A DNA stretch of 61,033 nt, filler included, from Basidioascus undulatus (GCA_000826855.1; 8 parts of 8 records of this genome joined end to end with filler, not necessarily neighbours in it), one strand, 5' to 3'. Shown: positions 39,905-53,643, counted from the first letter of the whole stretch. Made by a program: numbers and translations. Notes: a model not told the origin generated them from the sequence alone.

Positions 39905-40703
39905 GGGAACGTGTTATACATCGTCTTCGTGAATTCTACTTTGCGTCCATTGAACAAATAGATATGTTTGTTTTTCCTGGACACTGTTTGACCCGCTCCC
40001 GTTAGAAACCTTGGGAATGACTGAATCCCCAGAATGATGACCTAGAGGCAAAATGTACATGAGCTGCGTGGCATTCCACGCCACACCACCGTGCAGTGCT
40101 TGCTGTCCATACGGCAACAATGCGCCTACAAGTAACTGAGCCGGAACGAGCGTCAGACAGTTGTTTTACTGCACCTAACTTGAGCACGGTCTGGAGCGGC
40201 TTATGTCATGGTGAATCGGCGAGGGTGCTGAGCACTTGAGACGATGCGAAGCTACTAGCGAGTTTGAACGTCCCCCGCAAAACGTAGGAGGCCTGAACGC
40301 GAACAAAGTCAAGTGAATCCGCAGAGCAAATAGGTCTGCGCAGTCTGCGAGAAACCGAGGCCGCGGAAGGGCAAGACGCGAGGATTTACCTCTCGTTTCT
40401 CAGTTTCTGTGCTGGCGGCCAGTTACCAACCGCGATGGCGCATCACGTCCCGACACCGCTTGTCCTGACAGTCCACGCTGATACGCTTTTCCAACCCAAC
40501 TCTGCGAAATTGTCGACGTCGTCGCTGTCTCACCCATCAATCCCGCACCCTACCACCAGTGCTCGCAGGTCATTTTTTTCTCCACTCTTCTGCTCCCTTC
40601 TTTCTTTCCTCTCAGTCCCAATCAGATTTGCTCCCCCCAACGCTCACGCACTACCAGCGTCGACCCCCAAAAGAGAATGACATGCTCCCGGTATTCCCCC
40701 ATC

Positions 40704-40936
40704 CTAACCCTTCTTAAAGAACCCCCTCAGTGTCGTCTGCCCCCCATTCGATTTCACCTTCTCCCTCTCCGTCTTCTTCCGCTTCTCCTCCGCCGCCTTA
40801 TCCTTCTCAGCAGGCTTTGCGCTCGAAGAAGTAGATGTAGAGGTAGAGAATGATTTGGGGGCGGGTTTGGCGGACGGTTTGGGTTTCGGAAAGGCAAGAG
40901 CGTGACGCACATTCTCCACGATCAGCGACAGCTGCC
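40704..40936 (-). CDS. C-terminal fragment of a protein ending in a PCNA-interacting (PIP) box
   Basis: A Lys/Ser-rich tail ends QTTLRGFFKKG*, matching the QxxLxxFF consensus. The 5' part is lost in the gap. Confidence 0.65.
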
Positions 40937-41036
40937 NNNNNNNNNNNNNNNNNNNNNNNNNNNNNNNNNNNNNNNNNNNNTTAATTAATTAANNNNNNNN
41001 NNNNNNNNNNNNNNNNNNNNNNNNNNNNNNNNNNNN
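40937..41036. other. Artificial contig linker
   Basis: Same 100-nt spacer. Confidence 0.98.
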
Positions 41037-41267
41037 CTCATCCCGCCCCCCACCCCGCCCCCGGGGGAGACGGAGGGGGAGACCGATTTTCTTGAGCTCC
41101 TGCGCGCGGCGTGGGCGGACCCGGTTTATGGGGAGGCGGACGAGTGCACGGGGAGGGTGCTTAGGGAGATGGGGTGCGGGGATGGGGGGAGGAGGGAGGA
41201 GCTGCTGAGGACTAGTTATCGGGCGGTGGAGAGCGATGTGGCGGGGGGGTTGGGGGTGAAGTGGTAG
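41037..41267 (+). CDS. C-terminal fragment of hypothetical protein
   Basis: Open frame from the contig edge: ..ETDFLELLRAAWADPVYGEADECTGRVLREMG..GLGVKW*, with GC3-rich codons. Confidence 0.45.
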   Translation, partial: LIPPPTPPPGETEGETDFLELLRAAWADPVYGEADECTGRVLREMGCGDGGRREELLRTSYRAVESDVAGGLGVKW

Positions 41268-43838
41268 ACTGGGAGAGGGGGTTAGAACGGATTGGGTGTG
41301 CAGGAGCGATGGCCCTTTGGGTCCGATGGGATGCTACTGCCGGTTGCATCGGTCGTGAAAGTGTGGTTGCGTGCGGGGCAGGAACGTGGGCTTCGGGAAG
41401 TTCAAAGAGCGGCAGGCAAAGACAGCGCTTCGGGAGAGGTGAGTAGGGAGGTTCGCTGTGCACGCTACCTCCCAACTTCCATCACGCTCAGGGGTTGGAC
41501 GCAGTCTACATAATGTTCTGTAGTAATTCAGCGCAACGGTCGTCGCTGGAGCGAATTACCAATGACTGGGAGCGCGAGGCTGACACTGATGACACGCCTG
41601 CGCTCAGGCTCGTCTGTGCGGAATTTCCATGCCTCTTGTTGCAAAGCTTTTGTGAGACCTACAATACGGCGCGTTGTCCGGAGGCCTTGGAGAGTCAATT
41701 ACTGTTCCGCGGGAGAAGGGCCTGATGCAGCCGCACTGCGCTGAACATTCTCGCTCGCCCGCCCGGCTTGCGCGACGTTCTCAGGGGTGCGTAGCTCATT
41801 GCTTTCAGGTATCTGGGCGGGTATCTGGGCTCCACATTTCTGAATTGTTGGTCTGGTTGCCCGCAGGGGCATCATGAGTCGAAAGTGAGTCCAAGACTCC
41901 ACACAGACTGGATCCGCTGCCGTACTGCCGTCTCGCCAACGTCAGCATTCCCACCCCTGCATACGCGTGCGTGGGCGTGCCGAACTCTAGCCCTTCGTCC
42001 ACCGCCCACCGCCTTATATTGCACTCCCTCCCTCGACCTTCATACCCTCCAGCAGCTCCATCCCAACCGCCGTCGCCGCTCGCTCCATCTCCGCCGCGCG
42101 CCCGGTAGTCCGTAGCCGGTCCGTCAGCCACCAGATGCGCCGCACGATCGAAGCGCTCGTCCCGCGAATCGACAGCTATGCTTTCACCGTGGCGTTCAGT
42201 ATGCTCACGGGCGCCAATACGTCCCACCCGGGGAGGATTCCCCTGACAGCAGTTGTGCTCGGATACGTGAGCCACGATGCCAAGCAGCGGTCAGAAGAGA
42301 CGGTCGATGAGGACGAGCTTGCTCGAGTCTATATTTAGATCGATCGACGCGGGGTGTAAGAGGGCTTCTCCAGGAGCTGAAGGGCGGCGCCTGGTTGGTA
42401 GGGGGATCGCTCCATAGGGAGGGTGGGGAGCTGTGAGAAGGCTGGTGGGTGCTGTGAAGATGCCGAGAAAGGGGGTTCGTACGATTGACTAGATATCTGT
42501 GAAGGCTGTTCTTGGATATGACTTGCAATGATTTTAAATCATATATATTTTTAAGAGTCTGCTATGGTATTCAAATTTGTTCGAACATTCTGGCATCCCT
42601 CGCGGTCGTTGGGTGTCTGGGCGACACTCAAACCGCAGTAGTCCGTCCCCGCCTGACAGCCGAAGCCGCTGTTGACCATATACGCAGCCCCGCTCAGCGG
42701 TGACCGGGGATCGTTCGGCCTTCGCATGCCCGATCTCGACCAGTATTAGTGGTTTCCAGTGCATTCATGCGGTACACTCATGACTCGCCCTCGTGGATCC
42801 ACGTCAGGCGGAGCGGAGGAAGCGGGGTTGGCCCCGTTTCAATGAGAGCCTTGTCGAGGATTGGTTGACGCCGGAAGACCGCGTGACTGAAGCTTGAGTC
42901 ACCAAGCCGGAACAAGAAACCCATGAGCAGCCTGCGCTGCCCTGGTTGCGGTACCGGACAGTCAGCCTGGCAGTATAAAAAGTTCAGAAGCAGCCCCTTT
43001 CCAAACCCCGCCAGCGCAAGTTTTAGCTAGCAATCATCTCACTTCTCATCCTTAGGTGAGTACTCCCCGTTCACGCCCGCCCGAGCTTGCCATGATGAGT
43101 TCTCCTTCTTCACTCGCCGGTCCGAGTACGATCCTGTCGGGACGTATGCTGAGAGACGCATTTTCATGATATGCCCTATCTGAAGAACAGCTTTTCAATC
43201 AATGAAGCTTTTTTCTTTCAAGATGCTGACGGGCCTTGGTGGCTTGGAGGACTGTCGAGCATGCAACAGCAGTACGAGTGCGCTCAGTCCAGGACGTTCC
43301 AGCAAGCCTCAGATTCAGATCAATAGTATGGGGGCGGTGGAAATTGGCTTTAGCGTGGAGGGGACATGGGGTTGCAAATCTCCCTATCACCCAGGAAGCA
43401 CCCGCTCAGACTGTGTATGGCGGGATGTAAGGCTCACCAAGTCGCTTTACAGTGGGAGGACGAGGTCTGGGAATGTTCGGCGGCCGTCACGGTAAACTGC
43501 AGCCTTGCACAGCGAGCACTCGTTGATACCGAACGATGCATCTGCTTCATGGGTGCAAGATCTGCAGAATTCAAGCGATACTGCAGGCGGGAAGACTTAG
43601 AAATTTTGGACACAGTGCCTCTGGCTCGGCTTTCGGGTCAGCATTTCGTTCGACGTCTGGAAATTACTTCCAAATATTGCGGAGGAGTAGGTCCCGCAGG
43701 AAACGCCGTAGCGGAGCGGCATGTCAGGCTTTGATGGGAACGTCGGCCGCTCTTTCTTCTTGGGTTGCACGTTGACTCTTTCCTCTCTCCCTCACGTCGC
43801 CCTTGCAGAGCCAGCACCAAGTAGCCTTGAATCAGCAC

Positions 43839-44648
43839 ATGCCGTCCACAAACAAGCGCGTCAGCTACTCTCGCACCTTCGGCGTTTGCCACAACTGCAG
43901 CACGCCGGAGGCGTCCGGTGGCCCAAAGCATCGGGCCTGCGGTCGCTGCAGGAAGGTAGGCGTGGCGGTCGGGCCATTCGATCTGGGAGCTCATACAATA
44001 CTCCCCTCGCAGTGGCATACTGCTCCGAGAAGTGCCAGCGGGAGGACTGGCTGTCGCACAAGGGCAGATGCGCCGGCAACGCCAACCGACGCGTTGCAAT
44101 CACCCGCGATCGCTGCTTCCCTCTCGCTTCCGTATGCTGTGAGGGAGTGGGTCAACAAGCACCTCGAGTCTTTCCAGACAGCTCCTTTTCTCGCCTTTCG
44201 CCTACGCGAGGACGCATCAAACTGCACGCGCCACGCGCTACGGAATCGTTATCCGGCCTCTGAGCACCGACCCGCCCAACTTCCAGCTGATCTCGCATGA
44301 GGTGGTGCCTCTGGACAGTCTGAGGCGCATGGAGCCTACCGGAGCTGAGTGGAGCTTCGATGATATACACCGGAGAAGTGAGTCTCTCATGTGATTGAGC
44401 GGAAGGGGGCAGGGTTTCAACACTGCACATCGGTCTTTTACCTAGAGCTGGCAAAGGGCTTGCAGGGGGCCGTGCTGCTCGTTATCCAAGCCGGGCCAGA
44501 GTCTCCGCGTTTTCCGTTTGAGGTGCCCGCCAAGAGCTGGTTCGAGCTCCTTGAAACCCGAATGGTCCGAGATCTGGTGGGACTTGCTTCGCTTCGAGTT
44601 GAAGATCGCCACAGACCTGCGCTAGGCTTCGCTATCCGCACCGCATGA
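43839..44648 (+). pseudogene. MYND zinc-finger protein, disrupted
   Basis: CHNC..ACGRCRK, an intron, then AYCSEKCQREDWLSHKGRC. Downstream segments (VREWVNKH, EVVPLDSL) need frameshifts. Confidence 0.75.
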
Positions 44649-45050
44649 ACTGGCATTTGATGCTGCTTTAAGGCTCGAGCGTGCGACTGAGGACGTGATG
44701 GCCTTTCAAGACTTTGCATCGAAGTCGGCAGGCAGAATGTGTGAAAGCTTGAATCATCAAGCCGGCGGCACAGCTTGCGTATGGCAGGCTACGATCAGCA
44801 TGACTGACATAGAACGGAGTTTCAGACGATCTTTACAGATACACGGATGTCAATGCGAGGACAGAAGGAAAAGTCTATGCGTTCTGCGGGATGCGAGACG
44901 ACAGAGAAGGGGGGAAGGGCGCGCAGGTCACTGGCCGCGCGCGGAACGAAATGGGGACAAAAAGCGAACGTGTTGCAAGATAGTGTAGTGTCCGAAGGTA
45001 AAAAAACGAGAAAGATCAAGTGCGGAAGAGAACAGGAAAATAAGAGATGA

Positions 45051-45970
45051 TCAGGAAGGCGCGATACCGTTCGTCTTAAGCACGCCCTGCAAAGTTGCGT
45101 TCCGGCGGTTGGCGCCCTCGATCTGTTTCTCGAGCATGCTGGAAAAGACGCAGTGGCACCAACCATATCAATAACTCTCAATCTCGCCTTCAGGATGAAG
45201 CTGTGAGACCACGTACGCGATGCTTGACTCCAAATCGGAGACGCGCTCCTTGGCGCCCTGCCTTTCGCGCTTGTACTTCTCCTCGGCCGCGCGCAGGCGG
45301 GACTCGTACTCCTTGACGCGCGCAGCCCACTTGGACTCGGACCCGCCGTGCTTGGTCCGCGCGTCCTCGAGCTTCTCCTCCGCGGCCGCGAGCTGGTTCT
45401 GTGCGACGGCGAGCCGGCGCTCGGCGGTCGTAGCGCGCGCGGTGAGCGAGCGCACTTCGGAGACGTCCGGAGAGGAGGCACCGAGGCGGGCCTTCAGGGA
45501 GGCGACCTGGGAGATGAGCTCGGAGTGCGAGGCCTGATGCAGGGGGAGCTTCAGCCATAGTACAAACACGACGGGTGGGGGATAGCGCACCCGCATCTCT
45601 TCAAGCTCCTTCGCCTTGTCCGTCGCCTTGACGCGCCACTGCCGCTGCGTCTCCGAAGCGGTTTTGAGGCTAGCCTCGAAGCGATCGAGCTGCTTCCACC
45701 GCGAGTCCAGCTGTTTGCGAAGCGCGCTGTCGTGTCGATCGGCCCTTTCAGTATTTGCCATCGACGGTGCTGAACGTTTTCCTGGAAACCCACCTGAACT
45801 TGTCCACGAAGCCTGCCTCGATGTCCTTCGCGCGCTTGTCGAAGCTGAGCTGGATCTGGCTGAGGTTCTTGAGGCGCGAGATGAGGTTGTCGTGGAAGAC
45901 GGCAAAGTTCGTGAATGGCTTCGCGTCGCTCTGGCCCGCCCGTTTCTGCGTGACGCAGGGCAAGCCGGTC
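45051..45970 (-). CDS. ApsB/Mto1-like spindle-pole-body coiled-coil protein, C-terminal part (5' end truncated)
   Basis: KPFTNFAVFHDNLISRLKNLSQIQLSFDKRAK, LRKQLDSRWKQLDRFE and ESKWAARVKEYESRLRAAEEKYKRERQGAKERV (Mto2-binding-like motif); last exon MLEKQIEGANRR..IAPS*. Confidence 0.8.
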
Positions 45971-46070
45971 NNNNNNNNNNNNNNNNNNNNNNNNNNNNNN
46001 NNNNNNNNNNNNNNTTAATTAATTAANNNNNNNNNNNNNNNNNNNNNNNNNNNNNNNNNNNNNNNNNNNN
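45971..46070. other. Artificial contig linker
   Basis: Same 100-nt spacer. Confidence 0.98.
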
Positions 46071-46572
46071 GGCGTCCGCGACGCCCTCTATCTCTACCCC
46101 ACCCACCACACCGCCCCTCCCCGCTGCCACGTCCGCCGCCGCCGCCACCGCTGCCGCCGCCTCCCCCTCCGACACGGGCTCGCTCATCTCGCACTCGGAC
46201 GCAGCCTCCCTCCGCGCGTCCTCCGTCTCAACCAAAAAGTCCAAGCGCTTCTCAATCATCTCTTCCTCGGACTCTACCCAGCCCAAATCCAAATCCAAGC
46301 ACTCCATCCGCGCCGCGTTCTTCGCGCCCTTCAAATCCTCCTCCAGTACCTCCTCCTCCCACCCCGCACCCACTCCCACCTCCACCCAGACAAGCAGCAA
46401 CGGGACGGGTACCGCGCGCAAACCCATCCCCGCCCCGCTCATCGCGGACGCGCCCCCGAGGCTCGAGGTGGACGTGCCTGGCGCGCAGGTGGGAGGCGCG
46501 GGCGGGACAGGGCAGGGCAAGGTGCCTGAGGAGGACGACTGGGCGAGGCTTGTTGTGGCTGAGTTCGGGTGA
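46071..46572 (+). CDS. Low-complexity S/T/P/A-rich C-terminal fragment of hypothetical protein
   Basis: Open frame from the contig edge ending PRLEVDVPG..EEDDWARLVVAEFG*. Confidence 0.55.
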
Positions 46573-49500
46573 GGGTGGGGGTGAGGGTGGTCGGACGAGG
46601 ACAGTCGGTCGGTCGGGCTCTTTCGTTCCCTTCTTTTTCTTTCTGAGTTCTCATTCGATTTCCTCGTTTTCTTTAGCGGCACTCGACACTCTGCTTTGCT
46701 CAACTCGACATCCATACGCCCACACGCTCTTTCTCTCTCTCGCATTGTCTTCCCACTCGCTACAGTGCTCTCCACACATATACCACCCTCACAAACATGC
46801 ACCAACACCGAACGATCTGGTTTCGCTAATTGCTCATAGCTCATTGCTCATTGCTCATTGCCATCGATGTGGATGTCGATACTTGAATGCTGGGTTGCGG
46901 GCTTGCGCGGCTGTTCGTCTGGATTGTTCCTAGAGTAGCAGCGGGCATGGTGGAGAATGTGGAACGCGGCGTGGACTGGGGAGGTGGGTTTGCTGCGCGC
47001 AGCATGGGTGCGGGACGAGGCTGGGGCAGATGAAGGACAGGAGAGGGACTGCAATGTCAGACTACTGTACACTGCCGCCTGCATGAAAGTACCCGCACCC
47101 GCACCCGCAATCTCGATCTTTTTCTGGCCTTCTGGCACATTTGTCGATGCTCTCAGTGACCACCTCCGAGAGTCCGACCGATGCTGGGGTGCTGCCAACG
47201 CCGGACTGGGACAGGCTTCCTCCTCCCATTCTCCCGTCCCAGTCACGCACAACTATGATGGCCCCCGAGTTTTGTAGCGTCCGAAGCATCATACGATGGA
47301 ATATTCAAAAAGCTCGGCCACAGGCGACCTCGAACAACTAGCCTCAGAGCACGCGCAGCCATCACTCACTTCCCCCCCTCTTCGCCTTCCCCGTCTTCTT
47401 CACCAGCGCATCAACAGCCTCCTTGTGCCGATAGTACGCCCATCTCCACCCTTCAGCCACTCTTGTGGGATGCTTCTCCGAAAACATGTCAGCTTATTAT
47501 GTACCTGCAGACTTGCCGCTTTCCAGAGCGTGAACGCACCTCCTCCGCCCAAGCTCTGCACGCAACGCGAACGTTCCCTTCCGCTGCGTTGATGTAGGTA
47601 GACATGAGGTGGCTGTCTTCGGTATCCCAGCCGTGGTACATACTCTAAAGGAAACCGTCTCAGTTGCGAGCATTGGGGACTGGAGGTGCGCGGATTAAAC
47701 GTATAATTTGAACGGGTGCGCACCTGGGGCGGCTGGAGGCTTCGGAAAGCTCCGTCTGGGAACTCTGCGAACTGGAGCTGGAGGAAGCACCATGGGAACA
47801 GCAAACCTACCTTCTCAGGTCAAGCGCCGCCCGCCGGCCACTAAATACAGGATAATTAGAGACCCGTTGCTCACGGTTTCTCCCGCGAACTCTGGCGCAT
47901 GGGCCGCTCCATCCTGATCTTCTCGCGGCCCCACTTGTACTTGTAGGTGGCGGAGGAGTGATGAGGATACTGTCAAGGCTCTTTCGAAGGTGAGGTTTCC
48001 CTGCTGGTGAACAGAACAAGTGAGCAACCAACGTCATGTGCGAGCGCGTCCATAGCCCGCGAAACGCTCGGATAGTGCTGTCTGTATGCGATTATGAGCT
48101 CGACGTCGGCTTTGGTGAAGGCGAGACTGCCGTCACCTGCTCACTTTATCTTCTCCAGAGGGTGGATAAAATAAGTATCCCACCGCTGCTGGCACTCAGC
48201 AGCCGATTCGCCCTCGTTCGCCTGGTCCTCGAACGTGACGCCCCACTCCTTCCCCTTCAGTCGATGACCTTGCTCTACCGACTGCCTCACATAAGAGAAA
48301 CCTCTTATCTCCGTCCTCCGCAGCCTGGGCCGCTATACTGATCTCATCGGGCGAGGCCAGGTCGAGGACGACGAGCATGGCGTCTGCGATGTTGGGCGTG
48401 ATGGAAGCGCTGTTGTTCTGGGAGATACAGACTACCTTGTGAATGAAAATGGAAAAGAGTGTCGGGAGTTTCTACCTTGAGCATGGCCACAATGGCCGAG
48501 CGCAAGCGCCCCGAAAGGTGGTCGTACCCGACAGCGCGAACATCAGAGTGGCCGCCGCGGCGGTCTCGCAGTGCGCTGCCGGGGCGCTCGTGGCAAAGGA
48601 CTTGCGGCACGGATATCTTGCTCACTATCTGGAAGGAAATAACCATGGGTCGTAGCTGCAATCAACGTGAAAGATAGTCATTTCGTCGTTACCGTGTTGG
48701 CAGACCTGTGGCGCTGCTTCACCACTGTCTACACACCCCTACCACCGCTGTGCACGCCCATGCTTGTGGTCACAGGTGGGGACTATTCTGTCTCCGTTGG
48801 AAAGCAGAGTCTTTGTTTGAAAACTTGCTACTGCGGTGACCTTCCGGACACATGCTTGAACTTTGATACTGCACTTAGTCTATCTATTGATAGTTGTTTT
48901 AAATGCATTCAAGGTTGCTCAATGAGAGCAAGTCTTCCAAACAAAAAGGTAGGGCTCCTGAGCGCAGCACGCAGAATAGCGCCGCTTTCAAAGACAGCCG
49001 CGCAAAAGCCAGAAAAGGCAGTGTAGATACGGCAGATCTTCAATAACGGTTGTCTTTTGCCAACCAAACACGAAGAAAAAGGGTCGCAACGCACAGGACG
49101 TCAGAACAAGCGTCCGCGCGGCGCCGCGTGTTCCCGTTGCGGCCGTCAGCGTCTTATGGCGCCCGTTGAAATGTTCCTTTCTATTATGGATATTATACAT
49201 TTCCTCCATGACAAGAACCCCGCCCTTAGTTGCCCTAAAGTCGCCGCAACACGAGGAAAGCATCTGAATCGGAAAGGATAGTGTTATGGAATTTTTAACC
49301 TTTTTTTTTTCTCAAGTCCAAGCCTCACTCGTATTTGAGGAATGTATGAAAGACATGTACCATGTAACAACGCAATCATGCACAAAAGCAGGGCTGCCGG
49401 GTTCATTTTCAAGCTGACTGCGACTTGCAGTGGGCGGCGCGGCCTTCCCGGCCTTGCGCCGGGCTACGAGGACACTTGGAGCACCGCGTGACTCTGTCAA

Positions 49501-50765
49501 CACTTTCGACCAACGAGCATGCTCTGCAAGGTAACTACCCAGCAGGGAGCCTGGAGATGAGTAGCAAAGACAAAAGGCCAGGACCAAAACAAAAGAATAT
49601 TCGCTTGAGGGACACCCGACTTGAACGGATAACCTTGCGATCTGGAGTCGCACGCGCTACCATTGCGCCAGCCCCCCGATGTCCGTTTTGAATTGAATGG
49701 ACTCCTGTGCTGCACACAAGATCTGACAAAGTACGTCTCTGGAGTCTTTCACCTAGTCTCCTCTAGAGGAACAGTACAGTCAGCTGCAAGCAACAGCCCA
49801 AGTTTCTTCCTTCAACCATCACAGAAGATGGACGGGCTGCGCTGTGCAACACACCCTTTCAATCCGACCGCGAACGACAAAACCGCTGTACCTCAAGCCC
49901 AAAGTTTGAGCTGAGCTGAATTGCCCCACCTTTGGCGGACCGTGGCTGCATTTCATCCTCACGGAAACTTGCTCCCACAGGAAAATATCTCAAATTATCT
50001 GCCGCCACCGCACCTAAATACCGCATTGTACTTGAATATCAAAAGGAGAAACTTCTCGAACTTGACGATCATGTGCATTGAGAGATTCGTAGTATGACTA
50101 CGCAGCGCAAGATGCCTAGCTGTCACAACAGCAGCACAGCGAAGCCAAGCGGTCTTCCCAATCGACGTCGAGTCATCAACGAGCCTGTACTGCGATCCCT
50201 CCTTCAGCCATATCCCCTCCCACGTGTCCCCGTCGCTCTCCCGCGTCCAGGCCACGCTGCGCTGCATCGGCAACCCTCCTGCCAACGCATCCATCGCAGC
50301 ATCAAGACGCGAGGTGTGATGAAGACGCAATTCTCATAGGCTATCCTCTGTCTGTCGACTTCGTGAACCAAATCGAGGGAGGACGCGAGTAGACTTTGTC
50401 GGCCTGTTGGAAACACCGCGCACGGCAGTCGTCGATGAACTGCGATGGTGCAGGAAAAGGAAAGAAAAGGGACGCGTGCCCGTGTATCGCTCCAGCACAT
50501 TAGTGTACGGCCTCACGTACGGAAGCGCCCAGCCAGGCATGGCATGCACTTATAACCAGCATCAACGCTTTGGCGATCTGTGGAGTCATCTTTACTTTCC
50601 GATAATGCTGAAATTTGCACGACTTGACAATGCCATCTAGCAATGCACACAGCGGTCATTAAGAGTGGTGAATGCAGATTACACGAGTTGTGTACAAGAG
50701 TGGTGATCGCGAGTGGTGATTGCGGTAGTGGTAAATGAAAGAGGAATGATTCAGATCAACGTCGA

Positions 50766-50994
50766 TCACAGCGCGCTGTTACCAGACGTCTTGCCAGCCC
50801 CGACGCTGCGCTCGTACGCAGTGCGCGCCACCTCCCGGAACTCCTCCGCGAGATCGCCATACACCGCCTGGACCTTTCCCGTGTGCTCCGGGCCGGCGAG
50901 GTCAGGGCTGCCGACGCCGAACGGCGCATGCGGGTCGTACTCGAGGCCGAGCTCGATCACCCTCGCGACGTCCTCCCCGCGCAAGGCAGCGAGC
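50766..50994 (-). CDS. DJ-1/PfpI family, isonitrile hydratase (InhA)-like C-terminus (5' end truncated)
   Basis: LAALRGEDVARVIELGLEYDPHAPFGVGSPDLAG matches the A..IQL.LEYDP.PPF..GSP C-terminal signature of isocyanide-hydratase-like DJ-1 proteins. Confidence 0.75.
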
Positions 50995-51094
50995 NNNNNN
51001 NNNNNNNNNNNNNNNNNNNNNNNNNNNNNNNNNNNNNNTTAATTAATTAANNNNNNNNNNNNNNNNNNNNNNNNNNNNNNNNNNNNNNNNNNNN
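50995..51094. other. Artificial contig linker
   Basis: Same 100-nt spacer. Confidence 0.98.
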
Positions 51095-51545
51095 TGAAAC
51101 TCTGGAAGCAAGTGCGATAGTCGCGCGATTGCTTTCCTTTTTTTTTCGCCTTTGAATCTTTCTGCGGTATACCATGCATTTTACAGCACAACAGATTTCA
51201 TAGGTAGTAAAGACAAGCAGCCATGGTAATTCTTGTCTGTCTTGGCCGAAGAGTGTATCTCAACGTGAGGCATCATTCTGCAGCCTCCCACTACCGCACA
51301 ATGCACTGTTACCGTTTCATAGCGATACTTTGGTTGGCCAAAACGCAAGTCAACTGAACATAACCTTTTGGTCTTGCAACGACATCAATCTCGCCGACGC
51401 ATTGGATTCAGAAGCGCATCGACGACACGCACAACTCTCCTGACCTTTCAGTTTCATCCTTTCTTCACTGTCTCCGGCCCTCGCTTCTCCGCCTCCAACC
51501 CGCCCCATCCACACACAACACTCTCCTTCAGGAAACAAAACCACT

Positions 51546-53356
51546 ATGTCATCCACCGAAAATAAGCCAATCATCGCCGTCTTCGGTGCAACAGGCAGAC
51601 AGGGCGGGGCGGTCGCGCGGGCGCTGCACGCCGAGGGGACGTATCAGGTCCGGGCGATCACGCGGGACAGTACTTCTGGGCGAGCACAAAGTGCGTTTTC
51701 TGGTTCTTATGATGGAGGTGAAATTCTGATGGGACGAGTCTGGGCTGCAAGAGCTGGCACACGAGGGCATGCAGCTCGCCGGTGCGGACTTGAACGTCCC
51801 GGACACGATCGCGAACGCTATTGAGGGAGCGTATGGGGTGTTTGGGATCACGGACTGTGCGAAATTTTTTCATCACTCTCGGACTTCGGGACTGAGGCTG
51901 ATGATGTTGGGGTTCCCAGACTACAATGCTCGGGACAAAGAGACTGGTTCGCTTGTGGCTCACACCTCCTTGGCGGAGGTAGGAGCACTCACGTCGAGAC
52001 GGGACATGCATAGAGCACGGGAAGAACCTGATCGAAGCCGCAAAGGCTATGGAGGTCAAGCACTTTGTTTGGTAGTACGTGGATGCGTAACGCTATGTGC
52101 AGTGGTCGGTTGACAACCTCATCCGCCTTACAGCACCTTCGAGCACTCAGACTGCTGGCACTTCGAGGTTGGACTTGTCCCTAAGCCTGAGTGGATCTCC
52201 AATAATCTTAGAATTGAGGGTGCCTGCAGAGTAAAGCCCGAGTGGACGACTATCTCAAAGAATCCGGCCTGCCTCGAACGAGCTTCTACGGCTCGACGCT
52301 GTACGGTGCGTGCAGGCTTGATTGACCCTTTAGCCCCCTATTTCACAGAAATGTACACCGCAGAGGCACTCAAGGACATCTACGAGGTCCCGCATTCCTT
52401 TTCATCACCCATGGACAAAGCTTACCATCCGTTTCATGCCCACAGCCACTCTGGCGGCGCGGCGACGATACATACGAGCTCGACTTCCCCTGCCCGACGG
52501 ACCTCAAGGTGCCTTGGGTTTCCCTCGACGACGAAGGGAGCATGGTCAGTTTCCTTCCTTCCCTCTGATCCCTGCATTCCCGCCCATCGCTTCCCCCCCG
52601 CCAAAACACAGGTAGCGTCGATTTTTAAGAACCCGGGAGCATGGATTGGTGCGTTTTCACCCCGCCCTCAGTAACCGCCTGCTTGTTCTAACAAGGCCGT
52701 ATGAGAATGAACTTGGGTAGGGCACGACCTCAAGCCGACCACGGACGTGCGCTCCCCGCGGGAGCTCGCCGAGACGCTCACGCTCGTGTCCGGCAAGCCC
52801 ATCGTGCCCACCGAGCGCTCCGTCGAGGACTTCCTCAAGATGCGGGACCGCTTCGGGCAGGAGTGGGTGGCTCCCCCTCCCCCCGTCAGAGCTCTGGGTA
52901 TGAGATATTGTGGGTGGGGAACAGGTTTACTCTTGACACGACTATCCCGAAGCTTTCGGTCGGGTACGGGTACATCGAGGAGTTCCGGACTCACATGCCC
53001 GAGGACGCGCAGTGCGTATACAGGTTTCCTTTCTCTATAACCTGCACATTCCCTTTAACACGCCTCACCGCCCACAGGTTCGTCCACCAAGCGATCTGGG
53101 CCGTGTACGCATCTCCACCTCCCATTCTCTTCCAGCGCTGTGGCTAATCGACTGCCATGGGATTGACAGCTTTAAGCACTGGCTCGACAACCAGCCCCCG
53201 CCGCGGGACACAGGGCTGGCAGGGAAGCTCCTCCACAAGACGGGCGGGGGGACGTCGTTCCGCGGGTGGGCGGAGCAGCACTGGAAGGAGATGCTCGCCA
53301 GTGCCAAAGGCGCCGGGTTCCACGCTGAGCCGAGGACGGGGCACGTCCCGCAGTGA
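51546..53356 (+). CDS. NmrA-like NAD(P)-binding protein
   Basis: IAVFGATGRQGGAVARAL, YQVRAITRD, EGAYGVFGITD, GKNLIEAAKAMEVKHFV, HFESKARVDDYL and TSFRGWAEQH; more than 10 introns. Confidence 0.92.
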
Positions 53357-53643
53357 GCGAGGCGGCGGGTGGAGGAGAGGGTTTATGTCGAGTTAACGAA
53401 AAGGGTGGTGCTGAGAGGGGGAAAGAAAGGCGTTCGGAGGTGTTCTGGTTCTGTCGCTTCATGCAATGCAATGCAGCGCTTTCGAGACGGCACGCAGACA
53501 CTCGAACAGTGTAGTGAGCGTCGCCATGAATGACCAAAGAGAATGAAAGTCTACCAAATAACAGTGTCAGCCCTCAAAGCCTCGCAATGATTAGCCGGCT
53601 CGGTGCCGGACACACGCGAGACATCAATCGTCCACGATCCCAC

